Source of the DNA: the human T2T-CHM13v2.0 reference genome, Homo sapiens
Length of the DNA: 64,000 nt
Assembly (NCBI RefSeq): GCF_009914755.1
Contig: NC_060933.1
Direction: 5' to 3' (one strand)
Below, piece by piece: positions 29,291-41,238 of the stretch (the stretch's first letter is position 1; every line of letters begins with the position of its first letter). The notes beneath the pieces were generated by a model. It ran no database searches, was not told the DNA's origin, and saw only the letters and a program-made list of their open reading frames with translations. The position numbers were made by a program, and so were the translations under genes.

Positions 29291-29589
29291 GACACACAGG
29301 AGTTTTTCAATAAGTGCTTGCTATTATTATCATTATATGAGTTTAAGTGTCTCCAAGTAAACTAGTTCCCTCTGAAATACAGTGAATATTTTTAGTAACT
29401 GCCTGGTATGTTTTCTGTGTGTTCAGTAACAACCTTGAAAAGGTGGTTGTGTAGCTCTCATTAAGTGAATGATATAATTACTATTTGGTTCTATTACACA
29501 AGACTACAGACAATTTTCTTCTCTAAGAAGGGGGAACAAGATCTTACGTGTATGATGAGGTTGCTTTTATATTAATTAACTTGGACAAA

Positions 29590-29800
29590 GTAACATAATA
29601 ATTGCAAACTCTTATTGACAGCTTCTCATGTACTAAACTCAGTAAATTATTTTTATCCATGATCTTGTTTAATCCTCACAAATAAACCTGAAGAGAGTAT
29701 TATTAGCCCCATTTATGAAGGATAAAATTGAAGTTCAGAGAAGTGATGTAATTTGCCTAAGGTGACATTGTTAATTAATGAAACCTGAATTCAGTTCTAG
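29590..29800 (-). mobile_element. MIR SINE
   Basis: tttaatcctcacaa...tattagccccattt...gaagttcagagaagtgatgtaatttgcctaagg. Confidence 0.8.
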
Positions 29801-29878
29801 AACTGTGTTCTTCCTCCCCTTCACGAGATGTATTGTATCACCTCTTCATGAGCTAGAATGTTTCACCTCTTCATGAGG

Positions 29879-32152
29879 TGATATGGTTTGGCTGTGTCCC
29901 CAACCAAATCTCAACTTGAATTGTATCTCCCAGAATTCCAACGTGTTGTGGGAGGGACCCAGTGGGAGGTAATTGAATCATGGGGGCTGGTCTTTCCCAT
30001 GATATTCTTGTGACGGAGAGTAAGTCTCATGAGATCTGATGGGTTTATCAAGGTTTCAACTGTTGCTCCTTCCTCATTCTCTCTTGCAGCTTCCATGCAA
30101 GAAGTGCCTTTTGCCCTCTGCCATGATTGTGAGACCTCCCCAGCCATGTGGAACTCTAAGTCAAATTAAACCTCCTTTTCTTCACAGTCTTAGGTGTGTC
30201 TTTAGCAGCAGTGTGAAAATGAACTAATATAGTAAATTGGTACCAGTAGAGTGGGGCACTGCTGAAAAGTTACCCAAAAATGTGGACATGACTTTGGAAC
30301 TGGGTAACAGGCAGAGGTTGGAACAGTTGTGAAGGGCTTAGAAAAAGACAGGAAAATGTGGGAAAGTTTGGAACTCCCTGGAGAATTGTTGAATGGCTTT
30401 GCCCAAAATGCTGATAGCAATATGGACAATAAAGTCCAGGCTGAGGCGGTCTCAGATGGAAAAGAACTAGTTGGGAACTGGAGTAAAGGCGACTTTTGCT
30501 ATGTTTTAGCAAAGAGACTGGCGACATTTTGCCCCTGCTCTAGAGATTTGTGGAACTTTAAAGTTGAGAGAGATGATTTAGGGTATCTGGTGGAAGAAAT
30601 TTGTAAGCAGCTCAGCATTCAAGAGGTGACTTGCATGCTGTTAAAGGCATTCCATTTTATAAGGGAAGCAGAGCATAAAAGTTTGGAAAATTTGCAACCT
30701 GTCAATGCGATGAAAAAGAACATCCTATTTTCTGAGGAGAAATTTAAGTCAGCTGCAGAAATTTGCGTAAGTAACGGGAAGCCGAATATATTCCCAAGAC
30801 AATGGGGAAAATGTCTCTAGGGCATGTCAGAAGTCTTCATGGCAGCCCCTCTCATCACAGGCCTGGAGGCAAAAATGGTTTCACGGGCCCAGCACAGGGT
30901 CCTGGTGTTGTGTGCAGTCTAGGGAGTTGGTGTCCTGTGTCCCAGCTGCTATAGCCATGACTACAAGGGGGCAAGGTACAGCTTAGGCTGTGGCTTCAGA
31001 GGGTGCAAGCCCCAAGCCTTGGCAGCTTCCGTGTGGTGTTGAGCCTGTGGGTGCACAGAAGTCAAGAATTGAGGTTTGGGAACCTTTGCCTAAATTTCAG
31101 AAGATGTATGGAAATGCCTGGATGTCCAGGCAGAAGTTTGCTGCAGGGGCAAGGCTCTCATGGAGAACCTCTGCTAGGGAAGGTGGAAGGGAAATGTGAG
31201 GTCAGAGCCCCTGCACAGAGTCCCTACTGGTGCACCACTTAGTGGAGATGTGAGAAGAGGACCACTGTCTTTCATACCCCAGAATGGTAGATCCACCGAC
31301 AGCTTGCACTGTGTGCCTGGAAAAGCCACAGACACTCAATGCCAGTCTGTGACAGCAGCTGGGAGACAAGGCTGTACCCTGCAAAGTCACAGGCGCAGAG
31401 CAGCCCAAGACCATTGGAACCCACCTCTTGCATCAGAGTGACCTGAATGTGAGACATGGAGTCAAAGGAGATCATTTTGGAGCTTTAAGATTTGGCTGCC
31501 CTGCTAGATTTCAGACTTGCATAGGGACTGTTGGCCCCTTTGTTTTGGCCAATTTCTCCCATTTGGAATGGCTGTATTTACCCAATGCCTATACCCCAAT
31601 TGTATCCAGGAAGTAACTAACTTGCTTTTGATTTTACATGCTCATAGGCAGAAGGGACTTGCCTTGTCTCAGATGAGACTTTGGACAGTGGACTTTTGAA
31701 TTAATGCTGAAATGAGTTCAAACTTTGGGAGTCTGTTGGGAAGGCATTTTTGTTTTGAAATGTGAGGACATGAAATTTGAGAGGGACCAGGGGTGGAATG
31801 ATATGGTTTGGCTGTGTCCCCACTCAAATTTCAACTTGAATTGTATCTCCCAGAATTCCCACATGTTGCTGAAGGGACCCAGTGGGAAGTAGATGAATCA
31901 TGGGGGCTGGTCTTTCCTATGCTATTCTTGTGATAGTGAGTAAGTCTCATGAGATCTAATGGGTTTATCAGGGGTTTCCACTTTTGCTCCTTTCTCATTC
32001 TGTCTTGCAGCTGCCATGTAAGAAGTGCCTTTAGCCTTCTGTTATGATTGTGAGACCTCCCCAGCCATGTGGAATTATAAGTCAAATTCACTCTCATTTT
32101 TTTCTCAGTCTGGGGTATGTCTTTATCTGCAGCATGAAAATGGACGAATACA
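29879..32152 (+). mobile_element. Complete THE1 (THE1B-like) MaLR element: 5'LTR 29879-30231, internal region 30232-31798, 3'LTR 31799-32152
   Basis: Two ~353-bp direct repeats starting TGATATGGTTTGGCTGTGTCCC; internal starts gtaaattggtaccagtagagtgggg; purine tract before the 3'LTR; TSD TGAGG/TGAAG; degenerate MaLR internal ORF (MWESLELP...) 30329-30820. Confidence 0.97.
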
Positions 32153-33974
32153 TGAAGTATACAGTATCACTTCTCCATGAAGTAAGGAACTGGAATAGAA
32201 ATAGGGCCTTAATATTGGCTGCAAAGAAATAAGTGTCTAAGAGTGGGATTGCTAATGTTGCACATGAAATGATACCAACTATGTGGAGGTGGACAGGGAT
32301 TCAGAAAGTGATGGATTTAGGCAAGTACGCTGCAAGGTTTCAAGTAAGAATATAGAATGGAGTCATGCCAGAAAACCGTGAAAACATGCTTGTAGAAGAG
32401 CATAGCCATCTTCACATATCTGTTTTAGCACTAACAATATTAGACACTAAAACTCTACTAATATATCTGCTTCTCCCAGTGGTCTCTGTGCTCTTGGCAA
32501 AGTGTAGTATGTAGTAGATTTTCAATATATATCTATAAAACTAAAGAGAAAGGATTTGCACTTCATCCCTCTTTGACTCTAAGTTTATTTCCATTTTGTT
32601 TTCCAAATGTAAAGTTTCTTCAAATTTTAACATCTATTAATGTTTCTAATTGGAACCAAAATATGGGATCTCTAGAGCTCTTCTTTGCTTCTTAGTCCAG
32701 TGCATAAAGGTGAAAGAAGCACATTCTTATATACCTGTTTCCGGGTTGTAATAATCCTGATGGGAAAAGGAAGATGAACCACAGGGCAATGGAAGCAATA
32801 CTCTGTTATAGTCCCTAGAGAGAGTCATAATCCTTGCCTATAATGCTGTATAGATATCCTTCTGCAATATCAGTTTGGAAAGAAGAATTCAGTAATTCAT
32901 CAGAACAGTTAGAAAACTGCTAGAAACTTTACGACCTCATATTCTTTAAAGTAACCAGTTTATTGTATCGTTGTGACTTTTATTTGTTCTCCCCCTTGAC
33001 ATTTATGTGATGAGCACCTCTGGTGATGGCTGAAATTACACATAGACTAAGAGGACTCAGGCATAACAAAGATGTCTTTTAATTTTCCTGGAGATTAATC
33101 TCTCCATCTTAAATCTACAAAAGTAAACTTTTTATTGGTTTGATTTTGCACCCCAATATTTTTTCCAAGCTACAATTAGAGATGAAAATTAAGATAGCAA
33201 TGAAAAAAAACTCTGATTTATTACTTTTGACAGGGGAAGTATTTTTCCCAGGCTGTTTCTGAATTCCTTTCTTTAGAGGAAATAGCAGGGGAAGGTGACT
33301 ATTTCTCAGCTAGTAGCAGCTTCCAAAAGAAGAATTATATTTGGGAAAATATTTGAGATTAAATCACATTAGAAAAGATGCATCTCATCAAATCAAGGTA
33401 TTATTCAAATAAACCCATATCCTGTTTTAAATGTTAAGTCTGTATGTTTTAAAGCTTAGAGTTTTAACAGTTTATGCTCCTTATAGATAGATGACATAAC
33501 CTCTACAAACCAGAATTTCACCTAAAGATGGCACCCTCCTTTGGAAAAACACAGGGGCTGGTATTTTAATGAGCATTTGCAAGCCAAGTGCCTGATGAAC
33601 TACGTGTTTGTGCTGCTTTTTAAATCGTCACAAGTCGTTGAGGAGGTATTGTTATACCTATTTTGCAGAGGAAAAAACTAAGGCTGAAATTCACTACCTT
33701 GTCTAGGGAGCTGTAAAACATAAATAGAAGAGCCAAAATGGGATGCAGATTATCCTAAACCAATGCCTCTCAAACTTTTTCTTTCTTTTTTTTTTGAAAC
33801 TCAAGAGAGTGCAATGGCCACGGGCCCACTTTTCTTTCCCTGCCTAGTTGTGAAATGTTGCTTGTTATTTCTACCAACCTAAAATATTATTCCTGGCTTT
33901 TTTCTTTCTGAATTTTTAAATCAGAAAGCCAATGGGTTTCTAAAATAATTTTCAATATTGAAAAATATATTTTA

Positions 33975-34674
33975 CCGATATTTTATTGATCTGTGATGCC
34001 ATTGATTGAAAGACATACCATGGGATTATGTATGTTCTACTAAGAAAAACAAATGCTATCAACAAAACTATGACATAATGCCTTATAAAACAGTCCTGCA
34101 TGATGCATGAATGAGTCACATCACCACTCATTGTCTTTCATCAATTCTAAGAAATTTAGCAATTTCTTTTGTTTTTAATTCCTCTGCATGGCAGGTGATA
34201 GGCAATCCCTTTTGTATGCATTTAATAACAAAACCTAACACAGCTTCATCTACTTCTGGGTATTTTTTTCTTAGGTTCTGTAAAACACATTGTTGTTTTG
34301 TGAGGAAATAAGGGGCTCTAGTCATCCCTAAAATGATGAATATTTGCCTCACTAAAAGGAAACACATTCCCCACTGCTCTATTTCTGTATATTTTTGTGT
34401 ATATAATGACTTCTGCCTCAATGCCGAATCATGTTGCAATCTTTTAGAAGACACTTTAAATGGCAATTAAACTCAACACTTGTAGCACCAAGAATATTCA
34501 AAACTCAATGGAAGTGACGACAATGTGAATATTTATACTGAAAGCAATGTCATCCACATCAAAACTGCCACCTGGCCAGCAGTGATTATAATATGCCATT
34601 AAATCTAAGACTCTTCCTAATTTCAGAGGTATTAAAATGTGAAAAACTATACTTCTTAGAATCAATGAAATAAG
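33975..34674 (-). mobile_element. Tc2/pogo-type (Kanga2/MER104-related) DNA transposon, internally deleted, with a fossil transposase N-terminus
   Basis: Degenerate CCGTATTTCATCGATTCTAAGA-type TIRs with TA on both sides; - strand frames give BrkDBD-like and CENP-B HTH-like peptides (YPEVDEAVLGFV...GLPIT). Confidence 0.8.
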
Positions 34675-35110
34675 TAAATATTAAATATGCTTTTTGATGG
34701 CCTCTCTTTTCTACATTTCAGATTCTGATCGGGTCCCAGCTCTTCTATTCTCGAAGCACCCCTGTCCCCTATACCTCTCATCCTGCAGAGAAATACTGCT
34801 GTACGCTGTGCCTCTTTCCAGCAAGAAAGGTTTCTTCATCTACTCTAGGCTGCATTTTAGCATTTACCCCAAGGCCTGTTACAAATGGACAGAAAATTAA
34901 ATTTTTCTTTTTCCTCTTAGGAAGAGAAAACCTAACTATATTTCCAACTTATAACAGTGTATTTTCCACGTTTTCATTGTATCATGGTCATGTGTAGCCC
35001 TTTGCTGATAGACAGGGTGAGTGTAAAGGGATTTAATTTTCACTGCTTGATTGAACTCGTCACTAAACTTTTTAAACAACTTGATAGTTTGTATATAAGA
35101 ATTATTTTCT

Positions 35111-36947
35111 GTAAGTTGTCTGTTTACTCTGTTGATAGTTTATTTTGCTGTGTAGAGGCTCTAAAGTTTAATTAGATCCCACTTAACAATTTTTGCTTTT
35201 TTTGTGATTGCATTTGATATCTTCATCATGAAATCTTTGCCCTTTCCTATGTCCAGAATCATCTTGTCTAGGTTGTCTTCCAGGATTTTTATAGATTTGT
35301 GTTTTACATATAAGTTTTTAAACCATCTTGAGTTGATTTTTGTTTATGGGGTAAGGAAGGGACCTAGCTTCAGTTTTCTGCATATGGCTAGCCAGTTATC
35401 CCAGCACCATTTATTATACAGGGAGTTTTCCCCATTGCTTGCTCTTGTTAGCTTTGTCAAAGATTAGGTGGTCATAGGTGTGCAGCCTTATTTATGAGCT
35501 CTGTATTCTGTTCCATTGGGTGGTCCATTTTTCTGTTTTTGTGCCAGTACCATGCTGTTTTGTTTACTGTAGCCCTATAGTATAGTTTGAAGTTGGGTAA
35601 CATGATGCCTACAGCTTTGTACTCTTTGCTTAGTATTGCCTTGGCTATTCAGGTTCTTTATTGATTCAATAGGAATTTTAAAATAGTTTTTTTCTAGTTC
35701 TGTGAAGAATGTCATTGGTAGTTTGATAGGAATAGCATTGAATCTGTAAATTGCTTTGGGCAGTATGACCCTCTCAATGATATGAATTCTTCCTATCCAT
35801 GGGCATGGGATGTTTTTTGAATTGTTTGTGTCTTCTCTGATTTCTTTGAAAAGTGTTTTGCAATTCTCATTGTAGAGATCTTTCACCTCCCTGGTTAGCT
35901 GTATTCCTAGGTATTTTATTCTTTTTTTTTGGCAAATGTGAATGAGATTGCTTTTCTAGTTTGGCTTTTGGCTTGGCTGTTGTTGGTGCATGGGAATGCT
36001 AGTACTTTTTGTACATTGATTCTGTATCCAAGTATTTGCAAACCATGCATCCGACAAAGATCTAATATCCAGCATCTATAATGAACTTAAACAAATTAAC
36101 AAGAAAACAACAACTCCATTAAAAAGTGGGCAAAGGGCATGAACAGATACTTCAAAAGAAGACATATATGCAGTCAACAAGCATATGAAAGAAAGCTCAA
36201 TATCACTGATCATTAGAGAACTGTAAATAAAAACCACAGTGAGAAAGCATCTCACACCTAGTCAGAATGGCCATTATTAAAAAGTCAAAAAATAACAAAT
36301 GCTGGCGATATTGCAGAGGAAATGGAACACTTACACACTGTTGGTGTGAGTGTAATTTAGTTCAACAACTGCAGAAAGCAGTATGGCGATTCTTCAAAGA
36401 GTTAGAAGCAGAACTACCATTCTATCCAGCAATCCCATTACTGGACATATACCCAGAGCAATATAGATCATTTTACTGTAAAGACATACGTACGTGAATG
36501 CTCATTACGGCAGTAGTCACAATAGCAAAGACATAGCATCAACATAAATGCCCAACAATGACAGATTGGATAAAGCAAATGTGATACATGTACACCATGG
36601 AATACTATGCAGCCATGAAAAGAATGAGATCATGTCTTTTGCAGGAACATGGATGGAGCTGGAGCATGGATAATAACTGAGGAAAGGAAAACCAAAGACC
36701 ACATGTTCTCACTTGCAAGTGGGAGCTAAATGATAAGAACGTACGAACACAAAGAAAGAAACAACAGACACTGGGGTCTACTTGAGGGTGGAGGGTGGGA
36801 GGAGGGAGAGGAGCACAAAAGGTAACTATTGGATATGGGCTTAATTCCTGGGTGATAAAATAATCTGTACAACAAATCCCCGTGACATGAGTTTACTGAT
36901 GTAACAAACCTTCACATGTACTTCTGAACCTAAAATAAAAGTTACAA
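35111..36947 (+). mobile_element. L1PA15/16-like LINE-1 with 5' inversion (inverted 35111-~36029, sense ~36030-36947)
   Basis: ORF2 remnants on opposite strands; old L1PA 3'UTR; perfect TSD AAGAATTATTTTCT 35097-35110 / 36948-36961. Confidence 0.93.
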
Positions 36948-37099
36948 AAGAATTATTTTCTATTATTAAACATGTCCTTTGGAAACATTTTCATATATAA
37001 CTTTGAATACTTTGTTGTGCCCTGAGGAAAGTATGCAGTAGCTGATTTTTGACTTTTATTGAAAATGTTTTTTGTTCTCCATTCTTCACAATTTTTCCA

Positions 37100-38260
37100 T
37101 TGAAATGTAATGATAATACCTGCATCGTCTACCAATCCAAACAATATATAGTCAAAAGCGAAATTGATAGTCTCTCACTTTCTCTTTCTAATCCCATTTT
37201 CTAATGTAACTACTGTAAACTATGATTTCCTTTGCTGATAGAAACAAATGCCACACACACATGCGCACATATATACATATATACCCATTGAAGATTAAAA
37301 AACAAACAAACATGAGGACCTAACATGGAGCTGCTATTCTTCCCTAATGGTCTGTTGCGGACCTATTTTGAAGTCGATGCATAATGATCCACATTTTTAA
37401 ATAGCTGCTTATTGTTTCATAGAATTAATATATCATGGTTTAGGAAACCATTTCCCTATATATGGATATCTAAGTCTATTCCAGCTGCAGTAACAAAATG
37501 TCATAAACTGGGTATCTTATAAATAACAGAAATTTATTTCTCACAGTTATGGGTCTGGGAGTTCCAAGATTAAGGTATCACCAGATTTGATGTCTGGTGA
37601 GGGCTTGTTCCTCATAGACAGTGTCTTCTTGCTGTATCCTCACATGGCAGAAAGGGCAGACAAACTCCTTTGGGCCTCTTTTGTAAGGGCACAAATCCCT
37701 TTCATTCTCTAAAGGCCTCATCTCTTGCTACTATTGCACTGAGGATTAGGATTCAACATATAAATTTTGAGGGAACACAAATATGCAGACTATAGCAGTG
37801 GATAGTCCAGTTATTTACAGATATTTTTATTATAAATCTTTTAGATATCTTTTTGGGTAAGACTGTTGACAGTATCAGACATTGCTGATTTTTCTTTTTT
37901 CTTTCCCCCTGATGGAATCCTAAAAATGAAGATACTCAGTGAGGGAGTGTGCGTACTATAAATTTTATATTGCTAGCTTTATTTTCCAAAATATTATAAA
38001 AATGTACATTCATCAATAATAAATGAGACTGCCTTTTTCTGTAGGTTTTCATTAGCACTGAATGTTCTCAGACTTTTACATGGTCACGTAATAGGCAAAA
38101 AAACATTGTGTTGTTTTAATTTGCAATTTTATGTTTACTGATCATGGTATATTTTCATTTTTTATTGATCATTTGCATTTCCTCTTTTGTAAACTGCCAG
38201 CTCTTATCTTTGACTCAGTTTAGACTGTCTTTTTCTAATTGGTGTGAAAGAACTCTTTAT
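37100..38260 (-). mobile_element. Old L1ME relic hosting the MLT1A LTR
   Basis: aaccatttccctata..gga, ttgttttaatttgc, catttgcatttcctcttttgtaaactgcc motifs. Confidence 0.55.
37467..37797 (-). mobile_element. MLT1A-like solo LTR
   Basis: ataacagaaatttatttctcacagtt...gtctggtgagggc...cagactatagca; TSD atgga/gtgga. Confidence 0.88.
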
Positions 38261-38261
38261 T

Positions 38262-38508
38262 AGAAATAATAAACAATGAGTGCTTACTCTTTAACCTGAC
38301 TCTGACTCTCAGTACTTTATAAGAATGAATACGTTTAATTAATCCTCACAACAGCCTTATGAGGTAGATACAATTTTATAGGTAAGGAAACTAAGGCAGA
38401 GAAAGGTTAAATAATATGCCCAAGATCATACCGCTAGTAAGTGGCAGAGCTGGTGTTCAACCTGAGGCTGTCGGGATGTAAACTCATGTCCTAACCCCTG
38501 CGCTATGT
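38262..38508 (-). mobile_element. MIR SINE
   Basis: aatcctcacaacagccttatgaggtag...ggaaactaaggcagagaaaggttaaataatatgcccaagatcata. Confidence 0.85.
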
Positions 38509-39389
38509 TCCGATCAGCTGGAAGGGAAGATTTGGCGTGTGTACTGAGAACAAAGAGATATACCATCACTGGGTGCAGAGGAGCCATGGCAGGCATATTT
38601 CAGAGCATATTGGAAGACAAATATTTATGTCTAAAGTCTGATAAGAATGATACTTCTCTTAAGAAAAAATACAAAACTTACCATTTCGAAGTGAATTCTT
38701 GACACCGTAGATTGTTGTTGAAAGTGAACTGTGGGGGACGTTGGGAAAGCCGATGAGGCAGAAACTGAACAGTGAAAGCAAAGGAGCAGAGAGGAAAACC
38801 TTAGTTGCACGATGCATTGGAGGTCATAAATTCTTTAACGCAGGGAGACTGCAAAAATAATGTCACTACTACCTTCTTTGTTATTTGTAGTTTAAGTAAA
38901 TTGTATGTAGTTTTCATTCCTTTAGCTACTCTGAATTAATCCCTTTGTGGTCTTTATAAAGTTCTCCGTTAAAGAAAACTGGCATCTGGGCCTTCCTTTT
39001 CCCCGAGGATTGCTACAGAACAGATAGATTTATAACTCTTATGATATTTATTTTAAAAACTTTGGATGTTCCAGAAGCACAACTTATATTTTTCTCAATA
39101 CCTCTGTTTAGTTTCAATTTTGGAACCCTGAGTTTGCCTGATTGCAAAAATTAAAAATAAAATATCTTAGTCAACTTAAGATAAACTCAGGCGTCTGTTT
39201 TAAGCTCATTTAATTCTCTTAGTTATTCTTTCCTTTTTCCAATAATTTTCTAGGAGCTTTGGACCATGGGAGTTGGGAAGGTGATCTGGCTCAGGGCCAT
39301 TTTTCTTACAAGTGAGTATCCACAAGATGATACAATCCTTTCTGGTCTTTGGACATGACCATACTTCTCATGGAATCTTATGGGGCATC

Positions 39390-39925
39390 TGTTTTGAATT
39401 GAATTGTCTTCCTCAAAAATATGTATTGAAGTTTATCAATTATATATTGACGATAAATATGAAAGTACCCCCCCATATCTCAGAATGTGACCTTATTTGG
39501 AAACAGGGTCTTTGCAGATGTAATTAGTTAAGATGAGGTCATACTGGAGCGTGATGGGCCTCTAGACAATAAGAACAGTATCTTCTTATAAGAAGACAAT
39601 ATATGAACGTACGAGAGGAGAAGGCCATGCTCTGAGAGAAGCAGAGGTTAGAGTTATGCATCTGTAAGCCCAGGAGTGCCAAGGATTGCTGGTGACATCA
39701 GAAGCCAAGAGAAAAGCATGGAACAGATTATCTCCCAGAGCCTTTGAAAGAACCTGGCCCTGCTGACATCTGGATTTTGGACTTAGAGCTCTCTTATGGG
39801 TGTGGGCACAGGGCAGGCTCTACACAAGTCCCACAGCCTCCAGAACAGTGAAATAATAAATTTCTGTTGTATTAAGCCATGAAGATTGTAGTACCTTGTT
39901 ATAGCAGCCCTAGGAAACTAATACA
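39390..39925 (+). mobile_element. MLT1B/C-like solo LTR carrying internal insertions
   Basis: TG...CA termini; cagaatgtgaccttatttggaaacagggtctttgcagatgtaattagttaagatgaggtc; perfect TSD GCATC 39385-39389 / 39926-39930. Confidence 0.92.
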
Positions 39926-41097
39926 GCATCCAAACTCAAGCCACTTCTAGAGTGTCCTCTTAGCCTAGAGTTCCAGGCATCCACTCCATTCTGGATCACT
40001 TGGGAAAATGGCCATTTCCAGTGTCCTGTCAAACTGCCCATCTGCTAGAGCACTTAAAAACTCTGCTTTACTCAGGGGCCAGGGTAGCTTGGATACTGCC
40101 TGTAGTGCTTGCCAGCTTCCAGGACAACAAGACAGAGACAAGGCTTCAGTACTTTCTGTTCTTCGATCCTGAAACCCTTCTGGGGGTCCTATACTCTTAT
40201 GACTTAGAGCTCTCTTATGGGTGTGGGCACAGGGCAGTCTCTACACGAGTCCCATAGCAGTATGTTTTCCTGCTGCTCTTTTTGCTAAACCTTCCCCTTC
40301 TTTACCTATCACACCTCTCATATCCATATCCTCTCAAACTTGGGATTTTTGTGGGATTTTTATCTAGACTAGGTAAACAGAAAACAACTGCTTCCACAGC
40401 CTGGTCTATATGTATTTATCCCTGAATTTTTTATTTGGCATCTGGCAGGTATGAAAGTCTAGAATTTGCTATCTTTATTCTTGGGTTCCTTCATGACAAG
40501 AATGGGAGAGAGTCGCTGTGGAAAGGAATAGTACAGGAAAAACTCATTTACTAATATTTTACAAGAGAATTCTGACGAAAGTAGCCAAGGTGGATGCACA
40601 AGTCTTAGCTGAAAATTGAGGTCAAATTCTAAAGCTTAGAACAGATGCGGGTACCCAAACTGCATCTCTTACAGAATGTGACCCTTTAAGGAGTATACCT
40701 ATCCATGTACAGTCATATTTAATGAAGTCGAAGGGTGGCAGTATATGCCAGTCATTGTGACTACCGCTTGATGCCTAAATATCAGTCTGTCAGTCTGCAC
40801 ATTAATATTGGCTAATGTTTTCATGAATTTGTTTTCTTGTCAGAAAATGTGAGTTTCTTCCTAGCGTTTTTGAGGGCTTTTGTGCATTTGTTAAGTTGTT
40901 CTGGAATCTTTCTGCTGTGACGTGGCTGTTTTTTGTTTTGTTTTGTTTTGTTTTGACTTGCCTATTCCTGATTATATTTTACCTTTGTATGATTGGGGAA
41001 TCATGTAGGACCTGATATAAATAATCAAGTATTTTAATAGAGTGATACATTCTGAATAGAGCTGATCTTGACATAAAACTAAGTATTCTAATAATAC

Positions 41098-41238
41098 GGC
41101 CGGGTGTGGTGGCTCACGCCTGTAATCCCAGCACTTTGGGAGGCTGAGGTGGGAGAATTGCTTGAGCTCAGGAATTTGAGACCAGTCTGGACAATGTAGC
41201 AAGACCCTGTCTGTACAAAAAAATTTTTTTTTAAACCC
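41098..41238 (+). mobile_element. Alu monomer (FLAM_C / left-arm type)
   Basis: Single ggccgggtgtggtggctcacgcctgtaatccc arm; TSD ACTAAGTATT(C/T)TAAT(A/G)ATA 41078-41096 / 41239-41257. Confidence 0.88.

Noticed and set aside
30135-30147. PRDM9 recombination-hotspot motif in the THE1 LTRs
   Set aside because: Both LTRs carry CCTCCCCAGCCAT (also 32056-32068), not the hotspot-associated CCTCCCTAGCCAC.
30329-30820. 163-aa ORF as a novel gene
   Set aside because: It is the known decayed MaLR/THE1 internal ORF, fragmented downstream.
29811-32189. 25-bp repeats as a CRISPR-like array
   Set aside because: Eukaryotic context, degenerate head-to-tail units, only 7-8 nt variable parts and no cas genes; it is a minisatellite.
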